Assembly (NCBI GenBank): GCA_964016885.1
Contig: OZ024744.1
Span: forward strand, 128,588,001 to 128,652,000
Source of the DNA: Eledone cirrhosa
Lineage: Eukaryota
DNA length: 64,000 bases
Direction: 5' to 3'
Shown in pieces: positions 1 through 11,700 of this stretch. Numbering within the stretch: position 1 is the first letter of the stretch; every line of letters begins with the position of its first letter. The notes below the pieces were generated by a model. It searched no databases, was not told the DNA's origin, and saw only the letters and a list, made by a program, of their open reading frames with translations. A program made the position numbers and the translations under genes.

Positions 1-3000
1 TAATTTAAGTTGGGGTTAAGTTAAGTTGGGGTTAATTTAATTTGTGGTTAAGTTAAGTTGGGGTTAAGTTAAGTTGGCGTTGAGTTAAGCTGGGGTTAAG
101 TTAAGTTGGGGTTAAAATAAGTTGGGGTTAAGTTAAGTTGGGGTTGAGTTAAGTTGGGGTTGAGTTAATTTGGGGTTAAGTTGGGGTTAACTTAAGTTGG
201 GTTTAATTTAAGTTGGGGTTAAGTTAAGTTGGGGTTATAATTAAGTTGGGGTTAAGTTAAGTTGGGGGTAAGATAAGTTGGGGTTAAGTTAAGCTGGGGC
301 TAAGTTAAGTTGGGGCTAAGTTAAGTTGGGGCTAAGTTAAGTTGGGGTTAAGTTAACTTTGGGTTAAGTTAATTTGGGTTTGAGTTAAGTTGGGGTTAAT
401 TAAGTTGGGGTTAAGTTAAGTTGGGGTTAAGTTAAGTTGGGGTTAAGTTAAGTTGCGGTTAAGTTAAGTTGATGTTAAGTTAATTTGGGGTTAAGTTAAG
501 TTGGGGTTAAGTTAAGTTGGGGTTAAGTTAAGGTAGGGTTAAGTTAAGTTGGGGTCAACTTAAGTTGGGGTTAAGTTAAGTTGGGGTTAACTTAAGTTGG
601 GGTTAAGTTAAGTTGGGGTTAATTTAAGTTGAGGTTAAGTTAAGTTGGTGTTAAGTTAAGTTGGGGCTAATTTAAGTTGGGGCTGAGTTAAGTTGGGGCT
701 GAGTTAAGTTGGAGTTAAGTTAAGTTGGGGTTGAGTTAAGTTGCGGTTAAGTTAAGTTGGGGTTAAGTTAAGTTGGGGTTAAGTTAAGTTGGGGTTTATT
801 TAAGTTGGGGTTCAGTTAATTTGGGGTTAAGTTAAGTTTGGGTTAAGTTGGGGTTAAATTAAGTTGGGGTTAAATTAAGTTGGGGTTAAGCTAATTTGGG
901 GTTAAGTTAAGTTGGGGGTAAGTTAAGTTGCGGGTAATTTAAGTCGGGGTTAAGTTAAGTTGGGGTTAAGTTAAGTTGGGGTTAAGTTAAGGTGGGGTTT
1001 AGTTAAGTTGGGGTTAAGTTAAGTTGGGGGTAAGTTAAGTTGGGGGTAAGTTAAGTTGGGGGTAAGTTAAGTTGGGGTTAAGTTAAGTCGGGGTTAAGTT
1101 AAGTTGGGGTTAAGTTAAGTTGGGGTTAATTTAAGTTGGGGTTAAGTTAAGTTGGGGGTAAGTTAAGTTGGGGGTAAGTTAAGTTAGGGTTAAGTTAAGT
1201 TGGGGTTGAGTTAAGTTGGGGTTAAGTTAAGTTGGGGTTATGTTAAGTTGGGGTTAAGTTAAGTTGGGGTTAAGTTAAGTTGGGGTTAAGTTAAGTTGCG
1301 GTTAAGTTAAGTTGGGGTTAAATTAAGTTGGGGTTAAGTTAAGTTGGGATTAAGTTAAGTTGGGGTTAAGTTAAGTTGGGGTTAAGTTAAGTTGGGGTTA
1401 AGTTAGATTGTTGTTAAGTTAAGTTGGGGTTAAGTTAAGTTGGGGTTAAGTTAAGTTGGGGTTAATTTAAGTTGGGGTTAAGTTATGTCGGGGTTAAGTT
1501 GAGTTGGGGTTAAGTTAAGTTGGGGTTAAGTTAAGTTGGGGTTAAGTTAAGTTGGGGTTAAGATAAGTTGGGGTTAAGTTAAGTTGGGGTTAAATTAAGT
1601 TCGGGTTAAGTTAATTTGGGGTTGACTTAAGTTGGGGTTAACTTAAGTTGGGATTAAGTTAAGTTGGGGTTAAGTTAAGTTGGGGTTAAATTAAGTTCGG
1701 GTTAAGTTAAGTTGGGGTTAAGTTAAGTTGGGGTTAAGTTAAGTTGGGGTTAAGTTAGGTTGGGGTTAAGTTAAGTTGGGGGTAAGTTAAGTTGGGGTTA
1801 AGTTAAGTTGGGGGTAAGTTAAGTTGGGGGTAAGTTAAGTTGGGGTTAATTTAAGTTGGGTCGAATTAAGTTGGTGTTAAGTTAAGTTGGGGTTAAGTTA
1901 AGTTGGGGTTAAGTTAAGTTGGGGTTAAGTTAAGATGGGGTTTAGTTAAGTTGGGGTTAAGTTAAGTTGGGGTTACGTTAAGTTGGGGGTAAGTTAAGTT
2001 GGTGGTAAGTTAAGTTGGGGGTAAGTTAAGATGGGGTTAAATTAAGTTGGGGTTAAGTTAATTTGGGGTTGACTTAATTTGGGGTTGACTTAAGTTGGGG
2101 TTAACTTAAGTTGGGGTTAAGTTAAGATGGGGTTTAGTTAAGTTGGGGTTAAGTTAAGTTGGGGTTTAGTTAAGTTGGGGTTAAGTTAAGTTGGGGTTAA
2201 GTTAAGTTGGTGGTAAGTTAAGTTGGGGGTAAGTTAAGTTGGGGGTAAGTTAAGTTGGGGTTAATTTAAGTTGGGTCGAATTAAGTTGGTGTTAAGTTAA
2301 GTTGGGGTTAAGTTAAGTTGGGGTTAAGTTAAGTTGGGGTTAAGTTAAGTTGGGGGTAAGTTAAGTTGGGGGTAAGTTAAGTTGGGGTTAATTTAAGTTG
2401 GGTCGAATTAAGTTGGTGTTAAGTTAAGTTGGGGTTAAGTTAAGTTGGGGTTAAGTTAAGTTGGGGTTGAGTTAAGTCGGGGTTAAGTTAAGTTGGGGTT
2501 ATGTTAAGTTGGGGTTAAGTTAAGTTGGGGTTAAGTTAAGTTGGGGTTCAATTAAGTTGCGGTTAATTTAAGTTGGGGTTAAGTTAAGTTGGGGTTAAGT
2601 TAAGTTGGGGTTAAGTTAAGTTGGGGTTAAATTAAGTTGGGGTTAAATTAAGTTGGGGTTAAGTTAAGTTGGGGTTATGTTAAGTTGGTGTTAAGTTAAG
2701 TTGGGGTTAAGTTAAGTTGGGGTTAAGTTAAGTTGGGGTTAAGTTAGGTTGGTGTTAAGTTAAGTTGGGGGTAAGTTAAGTTGGGGGTAAGTTAAGTTGG
2801 TGTTAAGTTAAGTTGGGGTTAAGTTAAGTTGGGGTTAAGTTAAGTTGGGTTTAAGTTAAGTTGGGGCTAAGTTAAGTTAGGGCTAAGTTAAGTTGGGGTT
2901 AAGTAAAGTTAGGGCTAAGTTAAGTTGGGTTAAGTTAAGTTGGGGTTAATTTAACTTGGGGTTACATTAAGTTGAGGTTAAGTTAAGTTGGTGTTAAGTT

Positions 3001-4509
3001 AAGTTGGGGTTAATTTAAGTTGGGGTTAATTAAGTTGGGGTTAATTTAAGTTGGGGTTAAGTTAAGTTGGGGTTAATTTCAGTTGGGGTTGAGTTAAGTT
3101 GGGGTTAAGTTTAGTTGGGGTTAATTTAAGTTGGGGTTGAGTTAAGTTGGGGTTAAGTTAAGTTGGGGTTAAGTTATGTTCGGGTTAAGTTAAGTTGCGG
3201 CTAAGTTAAGTTGGGTCTAAGTTAAGTTGGGGTTAAGTTAAGTTGGGGTTAAGTTAAGTGAGGGTTAATTTAAGTTGGGGTTATTTTAAGTTGGGGTTAA
3301 GTTAAGTTGGGGTTAAGTTAGGTTGGTGTTAAGTTAAGTTGGGGGTAAGTTAAGTTGGGGGTAAGTTAAGTTGGTGTTAAGTTAAGTTGGGTTTAAGTTA
3401 AGTTGGGGGTAAGTTAAGTTGGTGGTAAGTTAAGTTGGGGGTAAGTTAAGATGGGGTTAAGTTAAGTTGGGGTTGAGTTAAGTTGGGGCTAAGTTAAGTT
3501 GGGGTTTAGTTAAGTTGGGGTTAAGTTAAGGTGGGGTTAAGTTAAGTTGGGGTCAACTAAAGTTGGGGTTAAGTTAAGTTGGGGTTAACTTAAGTTGGGG
3601 TTAAATTAAGTTGGGGTTAAGTTAAGTTGGGGTTAAGTTAAGTTGGGGTTAAGTTAAGTTGCGGGTAATTTAAGTTGGGGTTAAGTTAAGTTGGGGTTAA
3701 GTTAAGTTGGGGGTAAGTTAAGTTGGGGGTAAGTTAAGTTGGGGTTAAGTTAAGTTAGGGTTAAGTTAAGTTGGGGTTGAGTTAAGTTGGGGTTAAGTTA
3801 AGTTGGGGTTATGTTAAGTTGGGGTTAAGTTAAGTTGGGGTTAATTTAAGTTGGCGTTAAGTTAAGTTGCGGTTAAGTTAAGTTGGGGTTAAATTAAGTT
3901 GGGGTTAAGTTAAGTTGGGATTAAGTTAAGTTGGGGTTAAGTTAAGTTGGGGTTAAGTTAGATTGTTGTTAAGTTAAGTTGGGGTTAAGTTAAGTTGGGG
4001 TTAATTTAAGTTGGGGTTAATTTAAGTTGGGTCTAATTAAGTTGGGGTTAAGTTAAGTTGGGGTTAAGTTAAGTTGGGGTTAAGTTAAGTTGGGGTTAAG
4101 TTAAGTTGCGTTTACGTTAAGTTGGGGGTAAGTTAAGTTGGTGGTAAGTTAAGTTGGGGGTAAGTTAAGATGGGGTTAAGTTAAGTTGGGGTTAATTTAA
4201 TTTGGGGTTAAGTTAAGTTAGGGTTAAGTTAAGTTGGGGTTGAGTTAAGTCGGGGTTCAGTTAAGTTGGGGTTATGTTAAGTTGGGGTTAAGTTAAGTTG
4301 GGGTTAAGTTAAGTTGGGGTTCAATTAAGTTGCGGGTAATTTAAGTTGGGGTTAAGTTAAGTTGGGGGTACGTTAAGTTGGGGGTAAGTTAAGTTGGGGT
4401 TAAGTTAAGTTGGGGTTAAGTTAAGTCGGGGTTAATTTAAGTTGCGGTTAAGTTAAGTTGGGGTTAAGTTAAGTTGGGGTTAAGTTAAGTTGGGATTAAG
4501 TTAAGTTGG

Positions 4510-7500
4510 GGTTAAGTTAAGTTGGGGTTGAGTTAAGTTGGGGTTAAGTTAGATTATTGTTAATTTATTTTGGGGTTAAGTTAAGTTGGGGTTAAGTTAA
4601 GTTGGGGTTAATTTAAGTTGGGGTTAAGTTAAGTGGGGGTTAAGTTGAGTTGGGGTTAAGTTAAGTTGGGGTTAAGTTAAGTTGGGGTTAAGATAAGTTG
4701 GGGTTAAGTTAAGTTGGGGTTGAGTTAAGTTCGGGTTGAGTTAATTTGGGGTTAACTTAAGTTGGGGTTAACTTAAGTTGGGGTTAAGTTAAGTTGGGTT
4801 TATGTTAAGTTGGGGATAAGTTAAGTTGGGGTTAAGTTAAGTTGGGGTTCAATTAAGTTGCGGTTAATTTAAGTTGGGGTTAAGTTAAGTTGGGGTTAAG
4901 TTAAGTTGGGGTTAAGTTAAGTTGGGGGTAAGTTAAGTTGAGGGTAAGTCAAGTTGGGGTTAAGTCAAGTTGGGGTTAAGTTAAGTTGGGGTTAAGTTAA
5001 GTTGGGGTTGAGTTAAGTTGGGGTTGAGTTAAGTTGGGGTTAAGTTAAGTTGGGTGTAAGTTAAGTTGGGGTTAAGTTAAGTTGGGGTTAAGTTAAGTTG
5101 GGGTTAAGTTAAGTTGGGGGTAAGTTAAGTTGGGGGCAAGTTAAGTTGGGGTTAAGTTAAGTTGGGGTTAAGTTAAGTTGGGGTTAAGTTAAGTTGGGGT
5201 TAAGTTAAGTTGGGGTTAAGTTAATTTGGGGTTAAGTTAAGTTGGGGTTAAATTAAGTTGGGGGTAAGATAAGTTGGGGCTAAGTTAAGTTGGGGCTAAG
5301 TCAAGTTGGGGTTAAGTCAAGTTGAGGTTAACTTAAGTTGGGGTTAAGTTAAGTTGGGGTTAAGTTAAGTTGGGGTTAAGGTAAGGTGGGGTTAAGTTAA
5401 GTTGGGGTTAAGTTAAGTTGGGGTTAAGTTAAGTTGGGGTTAAGTTAAGTTAGGGTTAATTTCAGTTGGGGTTATGTTAAGTTGGGGTTAAGTTAAGTTG
5501 GGGTTAAGTTAAGTTGAGGTTAAGTTAAGTTGGAGTTAAGTTAAGTTGGGGTTAAGCTAAGTTGGGGTTAAGTTAATTTGCGGTTAAGTTAGGTTGTGGG
5601 TTAAGTTAAGTTGGGGTTAAGTTAAGCTGGGGTTAAGTTAGGGTAAGTTAAGTTGGGGTTAAGTTAAGTTGGGGTTAAGTTAGGTTGGGGTTAAGTTAAG
5701 TTGGGGTTAAGTTAAGTTGGGGTTGAGTTAAGTTGGGGTTGAGTTAAGTTGGGGTTAAGTTAAGTTGGGGTTAAGTTAAGTTGGGGTTAAGTTAAGTTGG
5801 GGTTAAGTTAAGTTGGGGTTAAGTTAAGTTGGGGGCAAGTTAAGTTGGGGTTAATTTAAGTTGAGGTTAAGTTAAGTTGGTGTTAAGTTAAGTTGGGGCT
5901 AAGTTAAGTTGGGGCTGAGTTAAGTTGGGGCTGAGTTAAGTTGCAGTTAAGTTAAGTTGGGGTTGAGTTAAGTTGCGGTTAAGTTAAGTTGGGGTTAAGT
6001 TAAGTTGGGGTTAAGTTAAGTTGGGGTTTATTTAAGTTGGGGTTCAGTTAATTTGGGGTTAAGTTAAGTTTGGGTTAAGTTGGGGTTAAATTAAGTTGGG
6101 GTTAAATTAAGTTGGGGTTAAGCTAATTTGGGGTTAAGTTAAGTTGGGGTTAATTTAAGTTGGGGTTAAGTTAAGTTGCGGGTAATTTAAGTCGGGGTTA
6201 AGTTAAGTTGGGGTTAAGTTAAGTTGGGGTTAAGTTAAGGTGGGGTTTAGTTAAGTTGGGGTTAAGTTAAGTTGGGGGTAAGTTAAGTTGGGGGTAAGTT
6301 AAGTTGGGGGTAAGTTAAGTTGGGGTTAAGTTAAGTCGGGGTTAAGTTAAGTTGGGGTTAAGTTAAGTTGGGGTTAATTTAAGTTGGGGTTAAGTTAAGT
6401 TGGGGGTAAGTTAAGTTGGGGGTAAGTTAAGTTAGGGTTAAGTTAAGTTGGGGTTGAGTTAAGTTGGGGTTAAGTTAAGTTGGGGTTATGTTAAGTTGGG
6501 GTTAAGTTAAGTTGGGGTTAAGTTAAGTTGGGGTTAAGTTAAGTTGCGGTTAAGTTAAGTTGGGGTTAAATTAAGTTGGGGTTAAGTTAAGTTGGGATTA
6601 AGTTAAGTTGGGGTTAAGTTAAGTTGGGGTTAAGTTAAGTTGGGGTTAAGTTAAGTTGGGGTTGAGTTAAGTTGGGGTTAAGTTAGATTATTGTTAATTT
6701 ATTTTGGGGTTAAGTTAAGTTGGGGTTAAGTTAAGTTGGGGTTAATTTAAGTTGGGGTTAAGTTAAGTGGGGGTTAAGTTGAGTTGGGGTTAAGTTAAGT
6801 TGGGGTTAAGTTAAGTTGGGGTTAAGATAAGTTGGGGTTAAGTTAAGTTGGGGTTGAGTTAAGTTCGGGTTGAGTTAATTTGGGGTTAACTTAAGTTGGG
6901 GTTAACTTAAGTTGGGGTTAAGTTAAGTTGGGTTTATGTTAAGTTGGGGATAAGTTAAGTTGGGGTTAAGTTAAGTTGGGGTTCAATTAAGTTGCGGTTA
7001 ATTTAAGTTGGGGTTAAGTTAAGTTGGGGTTAAGTTAAGTTGGGGTTAAGTTAAGTTGGGGGTAAGTTAAGTTGAGGGTAAGTCAAGTTGGGGTTAAGTC
7101 AAGTTGGGGTTAAGTTAAGTTGGGGTTAAGTTAAGTTGGGGTTGAGTTAAGTTGGGGTTGAGTTAAGTTGGGGTTAAGTTAAGTTGGGTGTAAGTTAAGT
7201 TGGGGTTAAGTTAAGTTGGGGTTAAGTTAAGTTGGGGTTAAGTTAAGTTGGGGGTAAGTTAAGTTGGGGGCAAGTTAAGTTGGGGTTAAGTTAAGTTGGG
7301 GTTAAGTTAAGTTGGGGTTAAGTTAAGTTGGGGTTAAGTTAAGTTGGGGTTAAGTTAATTTGGGGTTAAGTTAAGTTGGGGTTAAATTAAGTTGGGGGTA
7401 AGATAAGTTGGGGCTAAGTTAAGTTGGGGCTAAGTCAAGTTGGGGTTAAGTCAAGTTGAGGTTAACTTAAGTTGGGGTTAAGTTAAGTTGGGGTTAAGTT

Positions 7501-8780
7501 AAGTTGGGGTTAAGGTAAGGTGGGGTTAAGTTAAGTTGGGGTTAAGTTAAGTTGGGGTTAAGTTAAGTTGGGGTTAAGTTAAGTTAGGGTTAATTTCAGT
7601 TGGGGTTATGTTAAGTTGGGGTTAAGTTAAGTTGGGGTTAAGTTAAGTTGAGGTTAAGTTAAGTTGGAGTTAAGTTAAGTTGGGGTTAAGCTAAGTTGGG
7701 GTTAAGTTAATTTGCGGTTAAGTTAGGTTGTGGGTTAAGTTAAGTTGGGGTTAAGTTAAGCTGGGGTTAAGTTAGGGTAAGTTAAGTTGGGGTTAAGTTA
7801 AGTTGGGGTTAAGTTAGGTTGGGGTTAAGTTAAGTTGGGGTTAAGTTAAGTTGGGGTTGAGTTAAGTTGGGGTTGAGTTAAGTTGGGGTTAAGTTAAGTT
7901 GGGGTTAAGTTAAGTTGGGGTTAAGTTAAGTTGGGGTTAAGTTAAGTTGGGGTTAAGTTAAGTTGGGGGCAAGTTAAGTTGGGGTTAATTTAAGTTGAGG
8001 TTAAGTTAAGTTGGTGTTAAGTTAAGTTGGGGCTAAGTTAAGTTGGGGCTGAGTTAAGTTGGGGCTGAGTTAAGTTGCAGTTAAGTTAAGTTGGGGTTGA
8101 GTTAAGTTGCGGTTAAGTTAAGTTGGGGTTAAGTTAAGTTGGGGTTAAGTTAAGTTGGGGTTTATTTAAGTTGGGGTTCAGTTAATTTGGGGTTAAGTTA
8201 AGTTTGGGTTAAGTTGGGGTTAAATTAAGTTGGGGTTAAATTAAGTTGGGGTTAAGCTAATTTGGGGTTAAGTTAAGTTGGGGTTAATTTAAGTTGGGGT
8301 TAAGTTAAGTTGCGGGTAATTTAAGTCGGGGTTAAGTTAAGTTGGGGTTAAGTTAAGTTGGGGTTAAGTTAAGGTGGGGTTTAGTTAAGTTGGGGTTAAG
8401 TTAAGTTGGGGGTAAGTTAAGTTGGGGGTAAGTTAAGTTGGGGGTAAGTTAAGTTGGGGTTAAGTTAAGTCGGGGTTAAGTTAAGTTGGGGTTAAGTTAA
8501 GTTGGGGTTAATTTAAGTTGGGGTTAAGTTAAGTTGGGGGTAAGTTAAGTTGGGGGTAAGTTAAGTTAGGGTTAAGTTAAGTTGGGGTTGAGTTAAGTTG
8601 GGGTTAAGTTAAGTTGGGGTTATGTTAAGTTGGGGTTAAGTTAAGTTGGGGTTAAGTTAAGTTGGGGTTAAGTTAAGTTGCGGTTAAGTTAAGTTGGGGT
8701 TAAATTAAGTTGGGGTTAAGTTAAGTTGGGATTAAGTTAAGTTGGGGTTAAGTTAAGTTGGGGTTAAGTTAAGTTGGGGT
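4510..8780 (+). repeat. Higher-order tandem duplication, period 2134 bp (carried along in the larger duplications at ~14.5-18.7 kb and partly ~21.6-25.2 kb)
   Basis: GATTATTGTTAATTTATTTT at 4552 and 6686; TTGCAG at 5941 and 8075; same intervening order of variants. Boundaries approximate. Confidence 0.9.
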
Positions 8781-11700
8781 TAAGTTAGATTGTTGTTAAG
8801 TTAAGTTGGGGTTAAGTTAAGTTGGGGTTAAGTTAAGTTGGGGTTAATTTAAGTTGGGGTTAAGTTATGTCGGGGTTAAGTTGAGTTGGGGTTAAGTTAA
8901 GTTGGGGTTAAGTTAAGTTGGGGTTAAGTTAAGTTGGGGTTAAGATAAGTTGGGGTTAAGTTAAGTTGGGGTTAAATTAAGTTCGGGTTAAGTTAATTTG
9001 GGGTTGACTTAAGTTGGGGTTAACTTAAGTTGGGATTAAGTTAAGTTGGGGTTAAGTTAAGTTGGGGTTAAATTAAGTTCGGGTTAAGTTAAGTTGGGGT
9101 TAAGTTAAGTTGGGGTTAAGTTAAGTTGGGGTTAAGTTAGGTTGGGGTTAAGTTAAGTTGGGGGTAAGTTAAGTTGGGGTTAAGTTAAGTTGGGGTTAAG
9201 TTAAGTTGGGGGTAAGTTAAGTTGGGGGTAAGTTAAGTTGGGGTTAATTTAAGTTGGGTCGAATTAAGTTGGTGTTAAGTTAAGTTGGGGTTAAGTTAAG
9301 TTGGGGTTAAGTTAAGTTGGGGTTAAGTTAAGATGGGGTTTAGTTAAGTTGGGGTTAAGTTATGTTGGGGTTACGTTAAGTTGGGGGTAAGTTAAGTTGG
9401 TGGTAAGTTAAGTTGGGGGTAAGTTAAGATGGGGTTAAATTAAGTTGGGGTTAAGTTAATTTGGGGTTGACTTAATTTGGGGTTGACTTAAGTTGGGGTT
9501 AACTTAAGTTGGGGTTAAGTTAAGATGGGGTTTAGTTAAGTTGGGGTTAAGTTAAGTTGGGGTTTAGTTAAGTTGGGGTTAAGTTAAGTTGGGGTTAAGT
9601 TAAGTTGGTGGTAAGTTAAGTTGGGGGTAAGTTAAGTTGGGGGTAAGTTAAGTTGGGGTTAATTTAAGTTGGGTCGAATTAAGTTGGTGTTAAGTTAAGT
9701 TGGGGTTAAGTTAAGTTGGGGTTAAGTTAAGTTGGGGTTAAGTTAAGTTGGGGGTAAGTTAAGTTGGGGTTAATTTAAGTTGGGTCGAATTAAGTTGGTG
9801 TTAAGTTAAGTTGGGGTTAAGTTAAGTTGGGGTTAAGTTAAGTTGGGGTTGAGTTAAGTCGGGGTTAAGTTAAGTTGGGGTTATGTTAAGTTGGGGTTAA
9901 GTTAAGTTGGGGTTAAGTTAAGTTGGGGTTCAATTAAGTTGCGGTTAATTTAAGTTGGGGTTAAGTTAAGTTGGGGTTAAGTTAAGTTGGGGTTAAGTTA
10001 AGTTGGGGTTAAATTAAGTTGGGGTTAAATTAAGTTGGGGTTAAGTTAAGTTGGGGTTATGTTAAGTTGGTGTTAAATTAAGTTGGGGTTAAGTTAAGTT
10101 GGGGTTAAGTTAAGTTGGGGTTAAGTTAGGTTGGTGTTAAGTTAAGTTGGGGGTAAGTTAAGTTGGGGGTAAGTTAAGTTGGTGTTAAGTTAAGTTGGGG
10201 TTAAGTTAAGTTGGGGTTAAGTTAAGTTGGGTTTAAGTTAAGTTGGGGCTAAGTTAAGTTAGGGCTAAGTTAAGTTGGGGTTAAGTAAAGTTAGGGCTAA
10301 GTTAAGTTGGGTTAAGTTAAGTTGGGGTTAATTTAACTTGGGGTTACATTAAGTTGAGGTTAAGTTAAGTTGGTGTTAAGTTAAGTTGGGGTTAATTTAA
10401 GTTGGGGTTAATTAAGTTGGGGTTAATTTAAGTTGGGGTTAAGTTAAGTTGGGGTTAATTTCAGTTGGGGTTGAGTTAAGTTGGGGTTAAGTTTAGTTGG
10501 GGTTAATTTAAGTTGGGGTTGAGTTAAGTTGGGGTTAAGTTAAGTTGGGGTTAAGTTATGTTCGGGTTAAGTTAAGTTGCGGCTAAGTTAAGTTGGGTCT
10601 AAGTTAAGTTGGGGTTAAGTTAAGTTGGGGTTAAGTTAAGTGAGGGTTAATTTAAGTTGGGGTTATTTTAAGTTGGGGTTAAGTTAAGTTGGGGTTAAGT
10701 TAGGTTGGTGTTAAGTTAAGTTGGGGGTAAGTTAAGTTGGGGGTAAGTTAAGTTGGTGTTAAGTTAAGTTGGGTTTAAGTTAAGTTGGGGCTAAGTTAAG
10801 TTAGGGCTAAGTTAAGTTGGGGCTGAGTTAAGTTGGGGTTAAGTTAAGTTGGGGTTGAGTTAAGTTGGGGCTAAGTTAAGTTGGGGTTTAGTTAAGTTGG
10901 GGTTAAGTTAAGGTGGGGTTAAGTTAAGTTGGGGTCAACTAAAGTTGGGGTTAAGTTAAGTTGGGGTTAACTTAAGTTGGGGTTAAATTAAGTTGGGGTT
11001 AAGTTAAGTTGGGGTTAAGTTAAGTTGGGGTTAAGTTAAGTTGCGGGTAATTTAAGTTGGGGTTAAGTTAAGTTGGGGTTAAGTTAAGTTGGGGGTAAGT
11101 TAAGTTGGGGGTAAGTTAAGTTGGGGTTAAGTTAAGTTAGGGTTAAGTTAAGTTGGGGTTGAGTTAAGTTGGGGTTAAGTTAAGTTGGGGTTATGTTAAG
11201 TTGGGGTTAAGTTAAGTTGGGGTTAATTTAAGTTGGGGTTAAGTTAAGTTGCGGTTAAGTTAAGTTGGGGTTAAATTAAGTTGGGGTTAAGTTAAGTTGG
11301 GATTAAGTTAAGTTGGGGTTAAGTTAAGTTGGGGTTAAGTTAGATTGTTGTTAAGTTAAGTTGGGGTTAAGTTTAGTTGGGGTTAATTTAAGTTGGGGTT
11401 AATTTAAGTTGGGTCTAATTAAGTTGGGGTTAAGTTAAGTTGGGGTTAAGTTAAGTTGGGGTTAAGTTAAGTTGGGGTTAAGTTAAGTTGCGTTTACGTT
11501 AAGTTGGGGGTAAGTTAAGTTGGTGGTAAGTTAAGTTGGGGGTAAGTTAAGATGGGGTTAAGTTAAGTTGGGGTTAATTTAATTTGGGGTTAAGTTAAGT
11601 TAGGGTTAAGTTAAGTTGGGGTTGAGTTAAGTCGGGGTTCAGTTAAGTTGGGGTTATGTTAAGTTGGGGTTAAGTTATGTTGGGGTTAAGTTAAGTTGGG

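Noticed and set aside
1858-2410. TCGAA-containing monomer (1861, 2276, 2403) resembling the island TTCGAA motif
   Set aside because: Only a 5-bp match, explained by point changes in one monomer followed by local duplication.
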